A DNA stretch of 64,000 bases. It comes from Desulfatiglandales bacterium (GTDB lineage Bacteria; Desulfobacterota; DSM-4660; Desulfatiglandales; HGW-15). The translations under genes were made by a program, and so were the position numbers. The notes beneath the pieces are model-generated. The model saw only the letters and a list, made by a program, of their open reading frames with translations, was not told where the DNA came from and made no database searches. The stretch covers positions 2,272,001 through 2,336,000 of the forward strand of contig CAXXJJ010000004.1 in the NCBI GenBank assembly GCA_963667015.2. The letters run 5' to 3'. Below are positions 40,054 through 50,515 of this stretch, in pieces (position 1 is the first letter of the stretch; every line of letters begins with the position of its first letter).

Positions 40054-40833
40054 ATGAAACTCAATGGATCAGTATTTGCGGGGGCTGATGTAGGAGCCTC
40101 CCGCACCAAGGTAGCACTGCTTGATACAGAAAAAAAACTTGTTGGTTTTTCAGTAAAAAAATCAGGGACAAATTTTACCCTCACTGCTGATGAATGCCTT
40201 GAAGAAGCGATGACGATGGCCGGCAGGTCATCAGAGGATATTATACGGACTGTTTCAACAGGCTATGGCCGAAGGAATGTTTCCTTTAGCAATGATGCAA
40301 AAACCGAGATAGGATGTCATGCAAAGGGAGCCTTTCACTATTACCCTAAGGCCATGACAATAATCGATATCGGCGGCCAGGATAATAAGGTCATAAAAAT
40401 TGATAATGAAGGAAGAAGAACAAACTTCAAGATGAACAGAAAGTGTGCTGCAGGTACCGGGGCATTTCTTGAAGAGATGTCACAAAGACTCGACATACCA
40501 ATTGAAGAAATGGATACCCTGGCAAGGCAATCTACCGAGATGGTTGAGCTTGGCAGCTACTGCACTGTTTTTTCCGCGACCGAGGTTCTTGAAAAAATAA
40601 GACAGGGGAAAAAAGTCCCTGACATTATTAAAGGTCTGTTTTTTTCGGTTATCAAAAGAGTCCTGGAAATGGAAAGAATAACGGACAGTATAACCATGAC
40701 AGGCGGTGTTGTGGAACATAATCCCTTTCTGGTAGAAATGGTAAAGGAGATAACAGGGGCTGAGGTTCTAACTCCGCCCCATCCCCAGCTCACCGGCGCA
40801 GTAGGGGCCGCGCTTTTTGCATTGGAGGGCTAA
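40054..40833 (+). CDS. Acyl-CoA dehydratase activase (HgdC/BcrD-like)
   Basis: GADVGAS, TGYGR, DIGGQDNK, KCAAGTG, CTVFS. Confidence 0.9.
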   Translation: MKLNGSVFAGADVGASRTKVALLDTEKKLVGFSVKKSGTNFTLTADECLEEAMTMAGRSSEDIIRTVSTGYGRRNVSFSNDAKTEIGCHAKGAFHYYPKAMTIIDIGGQDNKVIKIDNEGRRTNFKMNRKCAAGTGAFLEEMSQRLDIPIEEMDTLARQSTEMVELGSYCTVFSATEVLEKIRQGKKVPDIIKGLFFSVIKRVLEMERITDSITMTGGVVEHNPFLVEMVKEITGAEVLTPPHPQLTGAVGAALFALEG

Positions 40834-40971
40834 CCATGCAATACGACCTTCATTTCTACAGGCAATATCGTCCTGATCCTGTCCCTGAAGCCTGCACTGT
40901 TACCGATCGGGCTGAAACCCTAAAATCAAATAAAATTACAATTAATCCATAAACGATAAACAAGGATAAAG

Positions 40972-42648
40972 ATGGAGAAAGTTATATTTCAGGCACTGGG
41001 CGGGCTTGGTATGTTCCTTTTCGGTATGAAGATTATGTCCGAGGGGCTTCAGAAAGTCGCAGGCAAAAAGCTTAGACAAATATTAAAAATGGTATCAAAC
41101 AACCGCTTTGTCGGCTGCAGTGTCGGAGCAATTATTACAAGTATAATTCAGAGTTCAAGTGCAACTACAGTAATGCTGGTAGGCTTTGCTGATGCAGGCC
41201 TCATGACTTTAACCCAGGCAGTAGGTGTCATACTAGGGGCAAATATAGGTACGACTATAACAGCCCAGTTAATCGCCTTTAAAATAACTGCATATGCGCT
41301 TCCTGCGATTGCACTGGGAGTGCTGCTCAAATTTTTTATCGGACGCCAGAAATGGATTTATATCGGAGATGTACTCCTCGGGTTCGGCCTTGTATTTTAT
41401 GGTCTTTCAGTTATGAAGACCGGGTTCTCGCCCCTCTCGGAAGATCCGTTATTTAAATCCTTTTTCATGAGTTTCCAGGCAGACACAATTGGAGGTATCT
41501 CACTTTGTGTCCTTGTGGGTGCAGTGCTTACAATGATTTTACAGAGCTCAAGCGCAACCGTTGGCATAACAATGGGACTGGCTGTGCTGGGATTGATTAA
41601 TTTTGAAACCAGCGTTGCCCTCATACTGGGAGAAAACATAGGCACAACAATAACGGCACAGCTGGCAAGTATTGGCTCCAGTATAAACGCCCGCCGTACA
41701 GCAAATGCCCACACTCTTTTTAATGTCGCAGGTGTAGGTATAATAATTCTGATTTTCCCCTATTTCATCGATATTATTCAGTTTGTTACAGGAACTCTGA
41801 TGCATTATAATGCAGCCGACCTGATAGTTAATGGAGAAAGACCTAACGTTGAGAGATATATAGCCAACTCACATACCCTGTTTAATATTGTAAACGCCGT
41901 AATCTTTCTGTTTCTTCTCCCCTATCTGATAAAAGCAGCCATATGGATTACTCCATGCAAAGACACCGGAGAAGATTTTGAGGAGCTCCGTAAAATAAAA
42001 TATCTCGACACTAAATTCGTTGACACTCCTTCAGTGGCACTGGGCAGGGCAAGGGCTGAAATTATCAGGATGGGTGAAGCTGTTCTGATCATGTATGATG
42101 ATGTTGTTAAATCCGTAAAAAGCAGAAAAATTAAAGAACTTTCAAAATGGCGAAAAAGAGAAGATACGCTTGATAATCTCCAGAGGGAGATAACCCAGTA
42201 CCTCGTAAAGATAATGCAGAAACCCATTATGCCGGAAGAATCAACTGAAATCTCTGCTCTTACAAGAATGACCAATAATTTTGAAAGAGCTGGAGACGAG
42301 GTTGAAAATATAGCGGAGCTGATTGAAGAACTGATTGAACAGAACCTCTATATTTCCGAAGGAGGTATGAATGACTATGATACTATTTCAGCGAAAGTCA
42401 GGGATTTTATAATACTCGTGATAGACGCCATTAAAAATGAAGACAGCAGTATCCTCAAGAAGGCGCTTGAAATTGAAGACCAGATCGACAATATGAGGGA
42501 AAATATGAAGAGTAACCACCTTATGAGGCTCCAGAGCGGAGCCTGTACAGTCGACCCGGGACTTATTCTTGTAGATATGCTTACAGCCTTTGAAAAACTG
42601 GGAGACTTTTGCTTCAACATCGCCCAGGCTGTCGCCGGAACAAAATAA
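40972..42648 (+). CDS. Na+/Pi cotransporter with PhoU-like C-terminus
   Basis: Two QSSSAT...GxNIGTT repeats; ERAGD and EKLGD. Confidence 0.92.
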   Translation: MEKVIFQALGGLGMFLFGMKIMSEGLQKVAGKKLRQILKMVSNNRFVGCSVGAIITSIIQSSSATTVMLVGFADAGLMTLTQAVGVILGANIGTTITAQLIAFKITAYALPAIALGVLLKFFIGRQKWIYIGDVLLGFGLVFYGLSVMKTGFSPLSEDPLFKSFFMSFQADTIGGISLCVLVGAVLTMILQSSSATVGITMGLAVLGLINFETSVALILGENIGTTITAQLASIGSSINARRTANAHTLFNVAGVGIIILIFPYFIDIIQFVTGTLMHYNAADLIVNGERPNVERYIANSHTLFNIVNAVIFLFLLPYLIKAAIWITPCKDTGEDFEELRKIKYLDTKFVDTPSVALGRARAEIIRMGEAVLIMYDDVVKSVKSRKIKELSKWRKREDTLDNLQREITQYLVKIMQKPIMPEESTEISALTRMTNNFERAGDEVENIAELIEELIEQNLYISEGGMNDYDTISAKVRDFIILVIDAIKNEDSSILKKALEIEDQIDNMRENMKSNHLMRLQSGACTVDPGLILVDMLTAFEKLGDFCFNIAQAVAGTK

Positions 42649-42663
42649 CACAGGAGTATCAAT

Positions 42664-43479
42664 ATGACACAAAATAAAAGAACAGGATTTCTCGGAGCAG
42701 GCAACATGGCTACCGCATTGATAAAGGGAATTATCGAGAGCGGATTATACAGCCCGGACATGATAAACGCATATGACAATGATTCCGAAAAGCTGAAATC
42801 AATTTATGAAACGTATCATGTTAAAGGCATGCAGACCAACCGTGACCTTGTAAAAGCCTGTAATATTATTATCCTGGCTGTTAAGCCTCAGGTAATGAGT
42901 GATGTGCTGGAAGAAATAAAAGATGATATTACTGAAGGGCATATTGTTATATCCATTGCAGCAGGCATAAAAATAGAAAAAATACAGTCATTTCTGGGAA
43001 AGGATGTTCCGGTAATAAGGGTCATGCCCAATACACCTGCACTCATCCAGAGAGGCGTAAGTGCGGTTGCGGCGGGGGAAGCTGTATCAACTGATCAGAT
43101 GAATACAGCCATTGAGATACTAAAGGCTGTCGGCGTTGCCTTCACTGTAGATGAAAAAATGATGGATGCGGTTACAGCCGTTTCCGGAAGCGGCCCTGGT
43201 TTTGTATTTAAAATAATGGAGTGTTTTGTGGATGCCACCAGGAAACAGGGGTTTGATGAGGAAACCGCAGTAAAAATGGTTGTACAAACCTTCTTAGGGT
43301 CGTCCATGCTTGCTGAAAGCTCAGACCTGTCCCTCTCCGAACTGAGAAAAATGGTTACATCACCCGGAGGCACAACAGAGGCCGGTCTTAATTTTCTTGG
43401 TAGCAATAAGGTAGGCGAATTGATAGACGGAATAATTGTTACGGCAAAGGATAAATCAATAGAACTGGGCAAAAAATAA
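42664..43479 (+). CDS. proC: Pyrroline-5-carboxylate reductase
   Basis: GAGNMA, AVKPQ, RVMPNTP, SGSGP, VTSPGGTT. Confidence 0.96.
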   Translation: MTQNKRTGFLGAGNMATALIKGIIESGLYSPDMINAYDNDSEKLKSIYETYHVKGMQTNRDLVKACNIIILAVKPQVMSDVLEEIKDDITEGHIVISIAAGIKIEKIQSFLGKDVPVIRVMPNTPALIQRGVSAVAAGEAVSTDQMNTAIEILKAVGVAFTVDEKMMDAVTAVSGSGPGFVFKIMECFVDATRKQGFDEETAVKMVVQTFLGSSMLAESSDLSLSELRKMVTSPGGTTEAGLNFLGSNKVGELIDGIIVTAKDKSIELGKK

Positions 43480-43548
43480 GAGGTCTACGGTGTGCGGTAT
43501 GAGGTTAAAAAAAACCGCAAACCTCAAACCGTGTACCATAAACCGTTT

Positions 43549-44388
43549 TTACTTAGACATCTCAATTCTGGAATTAAGGATAAAGCTCTTCAATATATTT
43601 TCATACTCCTTCCCCCCAACCAGATATGTATCATTATGCCCTGCCCCTTTAACAGGATGAAAATATTTTGGTTCATGTGCTTCAGTAAAAAGCCCCTGTC
43701 CCATTGAAAATGGGACAACCTCATCCCTGTCGCCGTGTATTATAAGCTTTGGAATTGTGATATTTTTTATTTTTTCAAGATTATTGTAATTTGAAGGAAG
43801 TAACGGAGATATTAAACTGAAAAGCCCCATATGTCCCGCCATATGACGGACTGACAGGAACCCGCTTTCAACAACCAGTGATCGGGCGTCCCTTTTAGTG
43901 GCTGTTTCTATAGCTGCTGCAGCCCCAAGGGATCGACCGAGCAGTATAATATCTTCAGGTTTTATCTTCTCATTATTGGCAAGGTAGTCATATGCACAAA
44001 GGGCATCAATATATAAACCCTTTTCAGATGGTTTACCGCTGCTCCTGCCATAACCCCTGTAATCAAAAATAAACACATTAAATTCCATCCCTACAAGCCG
44101 CTGTATATAATCCAGCCGGTGTGAAATATTCCCGGCGTTCCCGTGACAGAAAAGGATAACAGGGTTTCCCTGGGCGGCAGAAAAAAACCAGCCGTGTAAT
44201 AACTGCCCGTCAGGAGTATTCAGGTTAACATCTCTCCATTCAAGTCGATAATCGGCAGGGGAATAACTCATAACTTTTTGAGGGGCGAACACAAAATGTG
44301 CCTCGATATTTTTATAAAAAAGAAAAAATATGATAATCAGAATGAGAACAAATAAAATAATGTACACCACTTTTCCAGACAGTAGCAT
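43549..44388 (-). CDS. Alpha/beta hydrolase
   Basis: HGNAGN, DYRGYG, GRSLG, HGDRD, AGHND. Confidence 0.92.
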   Translation of the reverse strand: MLLSGKVVYIILFVLILIIIFFLFYKNIEAHFVFAPQKVMSYSPADYRLEWRDVNLNTPDGQLLHGWFFSAAQGNPVILFCHGNAGNISHRLDYIQRLVGMEFNVFIFDYRGYGRSSGKPSEKGLYIDALCAYDYLANNEKIKPEDIILLGRSLGAAAAIETATKRDARSLVVESGFLSVRHMAGHMGLFSLISPLLPSNYNNLEKIKNITIPKLIIHGDRDEVVPFSMGQGLFTEAHEPKYFHPVKGAGHNDTYLVGGKEYENILKSFILNSRIEMSK

Positions 44389-44625
44389 GATGCATCCTGT
44401 TTTAAATATTTTTTAATAAATTTAGAAATTCTGTCGAAAGATGAAGTAAAGCATATTTAAATTAAATTCTTTTATTAATACCATATTTTATATTAAAATA
44501 TCATTAAGATATTGCATCCTGACAAGCAATATCTTAGACTGCATCGATTATTTGTTAAATCCTGCAATTCTAGATTGTAACCTGACAGTCAATGTAACTC
44601 GACTTATTGATAATAGTGAGGGGCT

Positions 44626-46086
44626 ATGGAAGACAAAACCAGGATACTGATTGTTGATTACGAAAAATCTACCAGAGAACTTTACCTTAAAATCTTCAAA
44701 TCAAAAGGTGATCTGCATATTGATGAGGCTGAAAATGGAAGCGAGGCATATAAAAAAATCAAAAAGTCAAAGCCTGATATAGTTTTGTGTGACCTCTATA
44801 TGCCTAAGATTGACGGACTTGAACTGTGTTCAAAAATAAAATCCGATCCGGACCTGGCCAGTATATACTTAATCATCATGAGCTCGGAAATCAGCGAAGA
44901 AGCAAAAATCAAATGTATGAACGAGGGTGCGGATGACTACCTGACAAAGCCCATCAATCGTGATGAATTGATGGCAAGGATAAGAGTAGGACAGAGAATA
45001 AGACAGCTTTTAAAAAGTACTGTCCTTGAAACCCAGAGGATGTTCAATGAAATAGATGTACTTGTGATACAGGATGGGGGCTGTGCACCCGGCTATAACC
45101 CTGTAACAGCCTTCCTTACCTATCATCTTGAAAAGATGGGAAGAGAAGTCTACGCGACAAAAGAAGGCTTTAAATCTCTGGTCGAAAAAAATGAAAATTT
45201 TCTCAGGCTTGTATACGACCCTGATAAATATAAAAAATTTGATCATATCCCGGGGGTGTTTCATGCCGCTCCCCTGTCTGAGTGGAGAGGTGCCTTTCTT
45301 AGAAGCGAAAGATACAAGGAGTTTAAGAATCCGGAGATTCAACAGAAAGCTGCCTCAACCATTAAAAAGAAAAAGGTCAAGGCTATAATTGCCATAGGCG
45401 GGAATGGAACATTCAAAGGCATCCATGAACTTTGCGAACTTATTCCGACATCAATACAGGTTTTTTTCATACCTGTAACAATAGACAGTGATGTAGCCGG
45501 AACAGACTGTATTGGCCAGCACACCGGAGTTGAGGTGGGAGCTGAAAAAATCAGGTGTTACATGGCTGATGCCAGGACACATAAAAGAGTATACATAATT
45601 GAAATGATGGGAGCCAATAGCGGATTTCATGCCCTGCACTCATGCCTTGGTTCAAGGGCGCATCTTGCAGTGCTTCCCAACAGTAAAATCAATCACAGGG
45701 AAGTAGTTAAGGCCATTAACAAAAGGGATGAATGTGTGATTGTTGTTGCAGAGGGTTATAAGAAACACATAAGGGATGCAAATGGTATCCAGGAAAATGC
45801 TGCAGAGCATTTTTACAGGGAACTGAGGGGCACAAAACTCAAGATAAATAAAAAAGTTGTATGCGAACCCTTTTCGAGGGATATAAGAGGAGCAGCACCG
45901 AATAATATGGATATCTCGCTGGCTCAGCGAATGGCCTATAATGTAGCAGCATATCTCAAGGCCGGCACATCCAGGCTTATGCCCGCTGTTCAGTCGGGAA
46001 GAGAATATGCTATTCCTTTTAATGAAATCACTACAGATAATATGAAGGAAGAAGATCTTATGGGTCTTACCAACAGACTCACATGA
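44626..46086 (+). CDS. Receiver domain fused to a divergent PfkA-family phosphofructokinase
   Basis: REC (CDLYMP, DDYLTKP) followed by GGCAPGYN, GGNGT, PVTIDSD, IEMMG, VVAEG. Confidence 0.8.
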   Translation: MEDKTRILIVDYEKSTRELYLKIFKSKGDLHIDEAENGSEAYKKIKKSKPDIVLCDLYMPKIDGLELCSKIKSDPDLASIYLIIMSSEISEEAKIKCMNEGADDYLTKPINRDELMARIRVGQRIRQLLKSTVLETQRMFNEIDVLVIQDGGCAPGYNPVTAFLTYHLEKMGREVYATKEGFKSLVEKNENFLRLVYDPDKYKKFDHIPGVFHAAPLSEWRGAFLRSERYKEFKNPEIQQKAASTIKKKKVKAIIAIGGNGTFKGIHELCELIPTSIQVFFIPVTIDSDVAGTDCIGQHTGVEVGAEKIRCYMADARTHKRVYIIEMMGANSGFHALHSCLGSRAHLAVLPNSKINHREVVKAINKRDECVIVVAEGYKKHIRDANGIQENAAEHFYRELRGTKLKINKKVVCEPFSRDIRGAAPNNMDISLAQRMAYNVAAYLKAGTSRLMPAVQSGREYAIPFNEITTDNMKEEDLMGLTNRLT

Positions 46087-46123
46087 TAACTTTGATTAAC
46101 ACTAAACAAATACGGACTTGAAT

Positions 46124-47350
46124 ATGCCTGTTTATGAATATTCAGCACTCGACGAAAAAGGGAAACGCACCAAAGGAATAATCGATGCAGACAGCCCACA
46201 GGCTGCACGGAACAAACTGAGAAATTCCGGGCTCTTTCCTGTTAAGATAAAGGAATCGTCATCCAGAATCAAATCCCAGACAACCGGAGGGGCATCCCTG
46301 GGCACGCTGCTAGGTCGAATAAGGGCCAGTGAAATATCAACCATGACGAGACAGCTGGCAACATTGATGGGAGCAGGCATCACACTTGTAGCATCTCTTG
46401 AACTCCTGATTACACAGGAAGTAAATCCCTTGCTTAAAAAAATTCTTGCCCAGGTAAAGGAGTCGGTAAATGAGGGTAACAGCCTTGCATCCTCACTTTC
46501 ACAGCATTCAAAATATTTTTCTCAGATATACATAAACATGGTTACAGCGGGAGAGGCATCAGGTTCTCTGGATCTGGTTCTTGAACGCCTGGCCGAATTC
46601 AGTGAAAAACAGGAGGCAATAAAGGGAAAGGTCATCGCCGCCATTGCTTATCCACTTATAACGCTCTGCATTGGTGTCCTTGCCCTTCTTCTCCTTGTTA
46701 CTTTTGTGGTACCCAAATTTGTGGCGGTGTTCGAAGAAATGGAAAAGGCACTTCCTTTGCCAACCCAGATAGTAATTGGTGCCAGCAATTTCCTGCAGTC
46801 ATTCTGGTGGCTGCTTATTCTGATAGTGATTTCATTATTTGTGTTATTCAGATATTTAAAAACAAAAGAAAATTTTATACGCAGGTGGGACGAATTCAAA
46901 TTAAAGGCCCCTGTTTTTGGTCTCGTAATCAACAAAATGATTATTGCCAGGTTCGGAAGGACCCTTGGCAGCCTTCTTCAGAGTGGCGTAAATTTGATCT
47001 CCGCCCTGCAGATTGTACGCAATGTTGTAAACAATATAATAATAGCAGAGGTTATCGACAATGCTATAGATCAGATAAAAGAGGGAATATCACTTTCTGA
47101 ACCACTTTCAAAAAGCAGGGTTATTCCGCCTGTTGTTGTCCAGATGATTTCCGTCGGTGAACAGAGCGGAGAAATGGAAAAAATGCTGAACAAGGTGGCC
47201 GATATCTATGAACAGGAAGTTGACTCTCAGGTGGCAACAATGACATCCCTTCTTGAACCTTTTATGTTGCTTGGCATGGCTGTTATTGTTGGATTTATCG
47301 CATTTTCAATACTTCAACCGATTCTGGAAATGAGCCAGATTGTACATTAG
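46124..47350 (+). CDS. gspF: T2SS inner membrane platform protein
   Basis: RQLATLMGAG, GEASGSLD, GEQSGEM, LLEP. Confidence 0.93.
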   Translation: MPVYEYSALDEKGKRTKGIIDADSPQAARNKLRNSGLFPVKIKESSSRIKSQTTGGASLGTLLGRIRASEISTMTRQLATLMGAGITLVASLELLITQEVNPLLKKILAQVKESVNEGNSLASSLSQHSKYFSQIYINMVTAGEASGSLDLVLERLAEFSEKQEAIKGKVIAAIAYPLITLCIGVLALLLLVTFVVPKFVAVFEEMEKALPLPTQIVIGASNFLQSFWWLLILIVISLFVLFRYLKTKENFIRRWDEFKLKAPVFGLVINKMIIARFGRTLGSLLQSGVNLISALQIVRNVVNNIIIAEVIDNAIDQIKEGISLSEPLSKSRVIPPVVVQMISVGEQSGEMEKMLNKVADIYEQEVDSQVATMTSLLEPFMLLGMAVIVGFIAFSILQPILEMSQIVH

Positions 47351-47372
47351 AAAAATAAATTGAGGAGGAAAC

Positions 47373-47822
47373 ATGTTTTATAAAAACAATAATAGAGAAA
47401 GAGGCTTTACCCTGATCGAAATGATGGTTGTCATTATCATCCTTGGTATCCTGTCAAGCATTGTTGCAGTCAATATCATTGGAAATACCGAAGATGCAAA
47501 AAGAACCGCGGCAAAGACCCAGATAGAAACCTTCAGAACCGGACTCGATCTGTACAGGCTTAACAATGGATATTATCCCAGTACCGAACAGGGACTCCAG
47601 GCTCTGGTAACAAAACCGGAGGTTGGAAAGCTGCCCAGGAAATGGAAAGAGGGCGGATACATCTCCAAAATTCCTAAAGATCCCTGGGGCGGCGAATATG
47701 TTTACCTCTCTCCCGGGCTGAACGGAGAAGAATTCACTATAAGTTCATACGGTAATGACAACGAACCCGGTGGGGAAGGAAAAGACGCGGATGTCAACAG
47801 CTGGGAAAACGATCAACCATAA
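47373..47822 (+). CDS. gspG: T2SS major pseudopilin
   Basis: G|FTLIEMMVV, YPSTEQGLQAL, DPWG. Confidence 0.95.
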   Translation: MFYKNNNRERGFTLIEMMVVIIILGILSSIVAVNIIGNTEDAKRTAAKTQIETFRTGLDLYRLNNGYYPSTEQGLQALVTKPEVGKLPRKWKEGGYISKIPKDPWGGEYVYLSPGLNGEEFTISSYGNDNEPGGEGKDADVNSWENDQP

Positions 47823-48357
47823 TAGACGAAAATTAGGCAGTGAAAAATCAGGGGGTTTCACCCTGATAGAATTGACGATTGTTATCTTTCTTGCAGGACT
47901 CATGCTTTCGATTACATTGCCGATTGTAAGAGACACGCTTCTGCATGACAATCTCAAGACTGCATCCAGAAAACTGGTTGCAACAATTACCTGGCTGAGA
48001 AACAAGTCTGTCAGTGAATACAGGGACTATGCACTGTTGTTTGACATTGAGAAAGGTAAATGCTGGCATGAAACATCCGGTATGGGTGAGGCTGAACTGC
48101 TTACTGTAAGAGACCAGGCATTCATTCTACCGGAAGATGTTCGAATTATTGATATAGATCAATATAACCTGGATAAAAAAGTGGATGGAGAGGTCGCACT
48201 AAAATTCAGCAGAAAAGGATACGTAAGTTATACATTGATACATCTTGGAGATAATAGTGAGAGAAAATTCACGCTGGTTCTGGAGCCTTTTCTTGGAAAA
48301 ATAAAAATAATGGAGGATTATCTGGATTTTGAAGATGTTGCATCACAGGATACTTAA
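47791..48357 (+). CDS. gspH: T2SS minor pseudopilin H
   Basis: G|FTLIE prepilin motif; gene order; start uncertain. Confidence 0.75.
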   Translation: MSTAGKTINHNRRKLGSEKSGGFTLIELTIVIFLAGLMLSITLPIVRDTLLHDNLKTASRKLVATITWLRNKSVSEYRDYALLFDIEKGKCWHETSGMGEAELLTVRDQAFILPEDVRIIDIDQYNLDKKVDGEVALKFSRKGYVSYTLIHLGDNSERKFTLVLEPFLGKIKIMEDYLDFEDVASQDT

Positions 48358-48733
48358 TAAAAAAGGATTCACCCTCATGGAGGTAATGTTTGCACTTGCC
48401 CTCATCGGCATTTCACTCACTACTCTCCTTGCATCTCAATCCCAGGGATTGAATCTGGCTAACGAGGCAAAATTTTATACTACTGCCGCCTTTCTTGCCC
48501 AGGGGAAGATGGCTGAACTGGAAATAACAGAAGCAAACGACCTGACGTCTGATTCGGGTGAGTTTGATGATGAGCTGTATCCGGAGTACTCCTGGGAAGT
48601 TGAAATAGATAATAATTCAACACCTATGCTGGAAGCGTATACTGATTATTTTAAACAGATCGACCTGCATATTTATTTTGGAAAAAACCGAATTTATCAA
48701 TATGATCTCAGATTATACAAATATATACAATAG
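48335..48733 (+). CDS. gspI: T2SS minor pseudopilin I
   Basis: G|FTLMEVMFAL; gene order. Confidence 0.8.
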   Translation: MLHHRILNKKGFTLMEVMFALALIGISLTTLLASQSQGLNLANEAKFYTTAAFLAQGKMAELEITEANDLTSDSGEFDDELYPEYSWEVEIDNNSTPMLEAYTDYFKQIDLHIYFGKNRIYQYDLRLYKYIQ

Positions 48734-49394
48734 TCGCAAAAAACAGTCGGGTTTTACCCTTCTGGAGATAATAGTCGCACTTTTTATTTTTGCAGTGATA
48801 GCATCCGTTTTATTCCAGGCATATACAGGAACATATCGAAATATCGATGCAGCTGAAACACAGGCAGAAATATATGAGATGGCCAGAACCACGATGATAA
48901 GAATTGTTGAAGATCTTGAGTCGACATATATACCCAAAGACTCTAATGATTCTGAAGACAGTGAAAATACTGCAACATTTACAGGGCAAAGGGATTTTAT
49001 AGAGGGCAGACAGGCTGACCGAATCAGATTTTTTTCTAAATCACATATTGATATAAGTAATTCACTAATAGAGGGAGGGGATGCGAAAATCGCCTACTAT
49101 CCACTGTTAAAGGAAGATGAAAGCATATCACTGTACAGATCAGATACTCCAGGTAATCTTGAATGGCCTGAAGAAAACACAAAGGGATGGATAATCTGTG
49201 AAGGGCTCTATTCCATAGGCTTTACATACACAGATAAAAACGGGGACACCTATGATGACTGGGATGCGTCAGTCTCAAACTCCACAAATAAACTCCCATC
49301 CATTATCCATATTAGACTCGATTTTATTGACAAAGAAGATCCGGAAACACCGATAACCTTTTCCACTGCTGTGGCTATGCCACTGGCCGATTAG
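48702..49394 (+). CDS. gspJ: T2SS minor pseudopilin J
   Basis: G|FTLLEIIVAL; gene order. Confidence 0.8.
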   Translation: MISDYTNIYNSRKKQSGFTLLEIIVALFIFAVIASVLFQAYTGTYRNIDAAETQAEIYEMARTTMIRIVEDLESTYIPKDSNDSEDSENTATFTGQRDFIEGRQADRIRFFSKSHIDISNSLIEGGDAKIAYYPLLKEDESISLYRSDTPGNLEWPEENTKGWIICEGLYSIGFTYTDKNGDTYDDWDASVSNSTNKLPSIIHIRLDFIDKEDPETPITFSTAVAMPLAD

Positions 49395-49400
49395 ACGATA

Positions 49401-50378
49401 ATGAAGGAAATACTCTCCAGCAACAGAGGCGTTGCTCTCATAATAACAATACTCATGATAAGTATTATTGTGGTACTCACATTGCAGTTCAACAGTTCAA
49501 TGAGACAAGAATTTCACGGAGCAGTTAACTCCAGGGACAATATCATGCTTGGTTACATAGCCAAGTCAGGATACAATCTTGCGCTTGCTATACTTCGTGA
49601 GGATGATTCGAGCAGCGATTCGCTTAATGATGACTGGGCACTTTTAAGCGGGGCATCATCCCTTTCGGAAAGTCTGTTCGAGTCAGGGATGTTTCATGTA
49701 CAAATAAAAGATCTCTCAGGCAGGATACAGATAAACGAACTGGTAAAACAGGACAACACCTACAACGAGGATCAAAAAGAAATGCTGATGCGGCTTCTTA
49801 ATTCTGGTCTCTTTGAGCTGGAGGAAGAAGAAGCAGAAGATATCATCGATAATATTAAGGACTGGATCGACAGAGATGATGAACCGACTAGATTCGGTTC
49901 GGAAAACTCATACTATCAAACACTTGATAACCCATACTCATGCAGGAACGATAAATTAAGGTCAATCTATGAAATGACACAGATCAGGGGAGTCACAAAA
50001 GAACTGTTTTTCGGCACAGATGAGACACCCGCATTAAAAGATTTCCTCACGGTTTATGGAGACGGAACCGGCAAAATTAATATCAACACTGCAGACCGAA
50101 ATATTATAATGGTTCTAGCCGATGATTTGGATGAGGAAATGATTGATGAGATCATGCAATACCGGAACGATGAAGACAATGACCTGAGCACTGTCCTTTG
50201 GTACAAAGACGCCCTTGGGACGAATGAAGAAATAATCAAGCCGTCTCTTTTGACCGTTAAAAGTTCCTATTTTGAAATTAACTCAAGAGGATTAAGGGAT
50301 TCGGCCGTTAAGGAATTAAGAACTGTCGTAAAAAGAGAAAACAGCAGATTTTCAACATTGTCATATGAGATTATTTAA
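49401..50378 (+). CDS. gspK: T2SS minor pseudopilin K
   Basis: RG|VALII, DWIDRD, KININTA. Confidence 0.9.
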   Translation: MKEILSSNRGVALIITILMISIIVVLTLQFNSSMRQEFHGAVNSRDNIMLGYIAKSGYNLALAILREDDSSSDSLNDDWALLSGASSLSESLFESGMFHVQIKDLSGRIQINELVKQDNTYNEDQKEMLMRLLNSGLFELEEEEAEDIIDNIKDWIDRDDEPTRFGSENSYYQTLDNPYSCRNDKLRSIYEMTQIRGVTKELFFGTDETPALKDFLTVYGDGTGKININTADRNIIMVLADDLDEEMIDEIMQYRNDEDNDLSTVLWYKDALGTNEEIIKPSLLTVKSSYFEINSRGLRDSAVKELRTVVKRENSRFSTLSYEII

Positions 50379-50515
50379 GCAATGGGGATATTTATCCGAT
50401 ATAACAGTAAAATATTGTGTTTTTCTAAATATTTATGTATATAAAAGTCTGCTTGTCATAAACCAATTATTGCCTGTATTATATTTGAACATTTATTTAA
50501 TTTCAGGGATAAAGA

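Noticed and set aside
43492..43707. 71-aa plus-strand ORF
   Set aside because: Runs through the repeat and antisense to the hydrolase
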